From: Alphaproteobacteria bacterium
Lineage (GTDB): Bacteria; Pseudomonadota; Alphaproteobacteria; GCA-2731375
NCBI GenBank assembly: GCA_965225945.1
Contig: CBDDBZ010000035.1
Span: forward strand, 128,001 to 192,000
Direction of reading: 5' to 3'
Length of the DNA: 64,000 bases
Position numbers and translations under genes: made by a program. A model generated the notes under the pieces. It worked only from the letters and a program-made list of their open reading frames with translations. It did no database searches and was not told the DNA's origin. Shown piece after piece: positions 61,576 through 64,000 of this stretch. The stretch's first letter is position 1; each line of letters starts with the position of its first letter.

Positions 61576-61869
61576 TCACGGGAATGAATACGGGCTCACC
61601 CGAATTTCCGCTTCCCGCCGGCGCATGTGCCAGGCGTCGTGGCGGACCTGCATGCGCAGCAGCGTCTCCATCTTGATGCCGAAGGCCTTTTCCATGCGGA
61701 GCGCCATCTCCGGCGAGAGCGAGGCCTTCTCGTTCAGCAGATTGGAAAGCGCCCGCCGACCGACACCGAGGACCCCGGCGGCGGCGGTGACGGTCAGATC
61801 GTCCGGCAAGACCGAGCGCCGAATGAACCCGCCCGGATGCACGGGCGCCATGCCTATCGTAATCGCCAT
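61576..61869 (-). CDS. higA: HigA-family antitoxin
   Basis: HPGGFI, LSPEMALR. Confidence 0.88.
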   Translation of the reverse strand: MAITIGMAPVHPGGFIRRSVLPDDLTVTAAAGVLGVGRRALSNLLNEKASLSPEMALRMEKAFGIKMETLLRMQVRHDAWHMRRREAEIRVSPYSFP

Positions 61870-61959
61870 TTTTCCCGCTCCCGGCTCTCACTGATAGTCC
61901 TCGTACTCGACAGCATGGCACATCTTGCAGTACACTGTACCCCATGAGGTGCATGCTGA

Positions 61960-62304
61960 GTGGCCCTGAAGAAACTTCCTGCCGCGTTCTATGCCACCGC
62001 CCGCGCAAATGAACCGGTCAGAGAATGGTTGAAGGCCTTTGACGTTGAAGACCGGCGGAGAATTGGTCTGGATATCGCCACCGCGGAATTCGGCTGGCCC
62101 GTCGGCATGCCGCTGTGCCGCCCGCTTGGCCAGGGGCTTTTCGAGATTCGCTCTCATATCTCGGGTCCCCGGATCGCCCGCGTAATATTCACGGTGGCGA
62201 GCGAGCGGATGGTGCTGCTGCACGGCTTCGTGAAAAAGACCCGGAAGACGCCCAAGGCGGATTTCGACCTGGCCGTCAAACGTTCGAGGGAGATTGCGTC
62301 ATGA
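61960..62304 (+). CDS. RelE/ParE (Gp49-like) toxin
   Basis: GWPVGMP, GLFEIR, LLHGFVKKT. Confidence 0.88.
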   Translation: MALKKLPAAFYATARANEPVREWLKAFDVEDRRRIGLDIATAEFGWPVGMPLCRPLGQGLFEIRSHISGPRIARVIFTVASERMVLLHGFVKKTRKTPKADFDLAVKRSREIAS

Positions 62305-62588
62305 CGACGGAAAAGGGGCGCATCGGCTCGTCCTTCGAGAGTTTTCTGAGAGAGCAAGGAACCTACCAGGAAACCACGGCGATCGCGGTCAAGCGCGTGC
62401 TCGCCTGGGAACTGGAACAGGCCATGGCAAGTGCGTCTCTCAGCAAGCGCCAGATGGCCAAGGCGATGAACACCAGCCGAAGCCAGCTCGATCGCATTTT
62501 GGATCCCGACAACGATCGCATCCAGCTCGATACCATCATCAAGGCGGCGCGGGTGCTGGGGCGCGAGCTGCGGATCGAGCTGATATGA
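62301..62588 (+). CDS. XRE-family HTH antitoxin
   Basis: IGSSFESFL, MNTSRSQLDRILDP; ATGA overlap with the toxin. Confidence 0.85.
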   Translation: MTTEKGRIGSSFESFLREQGTYQETTAIAVKRVLAWELEQAMASASLSKRQMAKAMNTSRSQLDRILDPDNDRIQLDTIIKAARVLGRELRIELI

Positions 62589-62691
62589 CGATCGGAAAGG
62601 CCGTGACTTTTTGGCCCCCCACCACTTCGACAGCGTCGCGGTGGCGGCCTATACTTCGGCCTCGAAGTCGTAGCGTCGAGACGTGTTCGCC

Positions 62692-63216
62692 ATGGCCAAG
62701 GCTCGTTTTCCATCTCGCCGAGTTGGTTTTCCCAGTTTGATCGCCGTCGCGCTGGCGGCGATGGTTTCGTCCGCCCGGGCGGGCGAGGTGAGCGGTGCCG
62801 CCATAGTGGTCGACGGCGATACGCTCGCCATTGCGGGCCAGCGCTTCGACCTCTTGGGCATCGACGCGCCGGAATTGCCGCAGCTCTGCGAGGCCGACGG
62901 CAAGCGCTGGGCCTGCGGCGAGGACGCGACCATGGTGCTGCGCCGCATCATCGCCGGCCGCGAGGTCACTTGCGCCGCCCACGGCGAGGGTGAGCGGGGT
63001 GCTGTGCTCGCCGTCTGTCGCATCGGTTTCGAGGGCTTGAACCGCGAGATGGTGCGCGCCGGCATGGCGCTCAATCCACCGAGGGGACCCGCGCTCTACG
63101 TCCGCGAGGAGGCGGCGGCCAAGGCCTATCCGCGCGGGCTCTGGGCGAGCCGCTTCGTCACGCCCTGGGCGTGGCGGGCCGGCGCGCGCCTCGATCCGCC
63201 GCCGGGCGGTGGGTGA
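62692..63216 (+). CDS. Thermonuclease (SNase-like) secreted protein
   Basis: VDGDTL, GIDAPE, GLW...PWAWR. Confidence 0.85.
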   Translation: MAKARFPSRRVGFPSLIAVALAAMVSSARAGEVSGAAIVVDGDTLAIAGQRFDLLGIDAPELPQLCEADGKRWACGEDATMVLRRIIAGREVTCAAHGEGERGAVLAVCRIGFEGLNREMVRAGMALNPPRGPALYVREEAAAKAYPRGLWASRFVTPWAWRAGARLDPPPGGG

Positions 63217-63355
63217 TGGTGCCCTGTGGCTGCCCCCGGCGGCTTGACATCGACCCGTCGGTCGAATGCTATGGCCCCGGCGTGAAGGGCCGCGCGCCAC
63301 TCCGGATTCGCGATGGCGTCCCGGCGATTATGGCCGACGGCGGACGGGAGCGCCG

Positions 63356-64000
63356 ATGATGCGGGCTTTGTCGAGAAGTATCGTCCTGCTGCTGGTCCTC
63401 GCGCTCGGGTCCTGCGGCGAAAGCATCGAGGAGAAGGTCACCGCGCGCCACAAAGTCGTGGCGGGCGCGTTGGACCAGCTCGGCAAGGCGATCGATCGCG
63501 GCCAGATCCGCAACGCCGGTCTGCTTCGGGCCTACGTCAAGATCGTCGCCAAGGACCAGCCCGACGTCGCCGAGGTGGCGAACGCGCTGGCCAAGGAGGG
63601 GACGCGCGACGCGCTCGCCTACAAGGCGCTGGGCGACCGGCTGGCCAAGGTCAATTTGAAGCCCGCGGACGAGCGCGCCGGCAACGAAAGCATGGACCAG
63701 CTTCGCCGCCTCGAGGCGGCGGCCGATCCGTCCGTCTACGACGATTCGCTGATCGACGTGGTCAACGTGCTGGCGGACCTCTCGCAGGGCAAGCTCGCCC
63801 GGCTGAACGTGCCGGAGACGGAGAAGACCGGCAAGCAGGGCGCCGGCTCCCACCTGGTCGGCAATCCGGCCTATGGTCAATGGCGTAGCGGGCCGAGCGG
63901 CCTCACCTGGTTCTTTCTCGGCCGCTACAGCAGCTTCGGCGGCGGCTTCTACGGGAGGCCCTATGGCTACGACTCCTGGTACCGCGGCCGGGGCTGGAGC
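63356..64000 (+). CDS. Hypothetical lipoprotein, runs off the window end
   Basis: Lipobox LGSC; LVGNPAYGQW; G/Y-rich tail. Confidence 0.65.
   Translation, partial: MMRALSRSIVLLLVLALGSCGESIEEKVTARHKVVAGALDQLGKAIDRGQIRNAGLLRAYVKIVAKDQPDVAEVANALAKEGTRDALAYKALGDRLAKVNLKPADERAGNESMDQLRRLEAAADPSVYDDSLIDVVNVLADLSQGKLARLNVPETEKTGKQGAGSHLVGNPAYGQWRSGPSGLTWFFLGRYSSFGGGFYGRPYGYDSWYRGRGWS

Overview
High-GC chromosomal segment, most likely from an alphaproteobacterium (class I LysRS, class 2 PyrD, MlaE/F/D plus PqiC-type operon, RIME-like CTAGAGC...GCTCTAG element). It is mostly accessory metabolism: SDRs, hydantoinase/oxoprolinase, TauD, a LigB-LigA fused dioxygenase, an aromatic amino acid decarboxylase and transporters. 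Four complete IS copies have recognisable ends: two IS1595 (one nested in an IS630) and one IS4. IS21, IS5 and RAYT remnants are also present. Three things stand out. (1) An alpha-oxoamine synthase is translationally coupled to an SDR with the eukaryotic KDSR motif YPPDTDTP, followed by a methyltransferase, with lipid head-group genes and a GT47-like glycosyltransferase nearby; this is a candidate eukaryote-order sphingoid base pathway. (2) A family of inverted-repeat elements shares a G[AT]CA-N4-A[CA]TT[AT]A core and is linked to a decayed RAYT HUH transposase; copies sit at gene-truncation points. (3) Gene decay is pervasive: exact 10-33 bp tandem duplications, nonsense codons, deletions and 30-48 bp foreign inserts, one copied from the IS1595 transposase 34 kb away. 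The decay could be real genome erosion or amplification/assembly chimerism; reads are needed to decide. All calls come from reading motifs by eye; no database searches were run.
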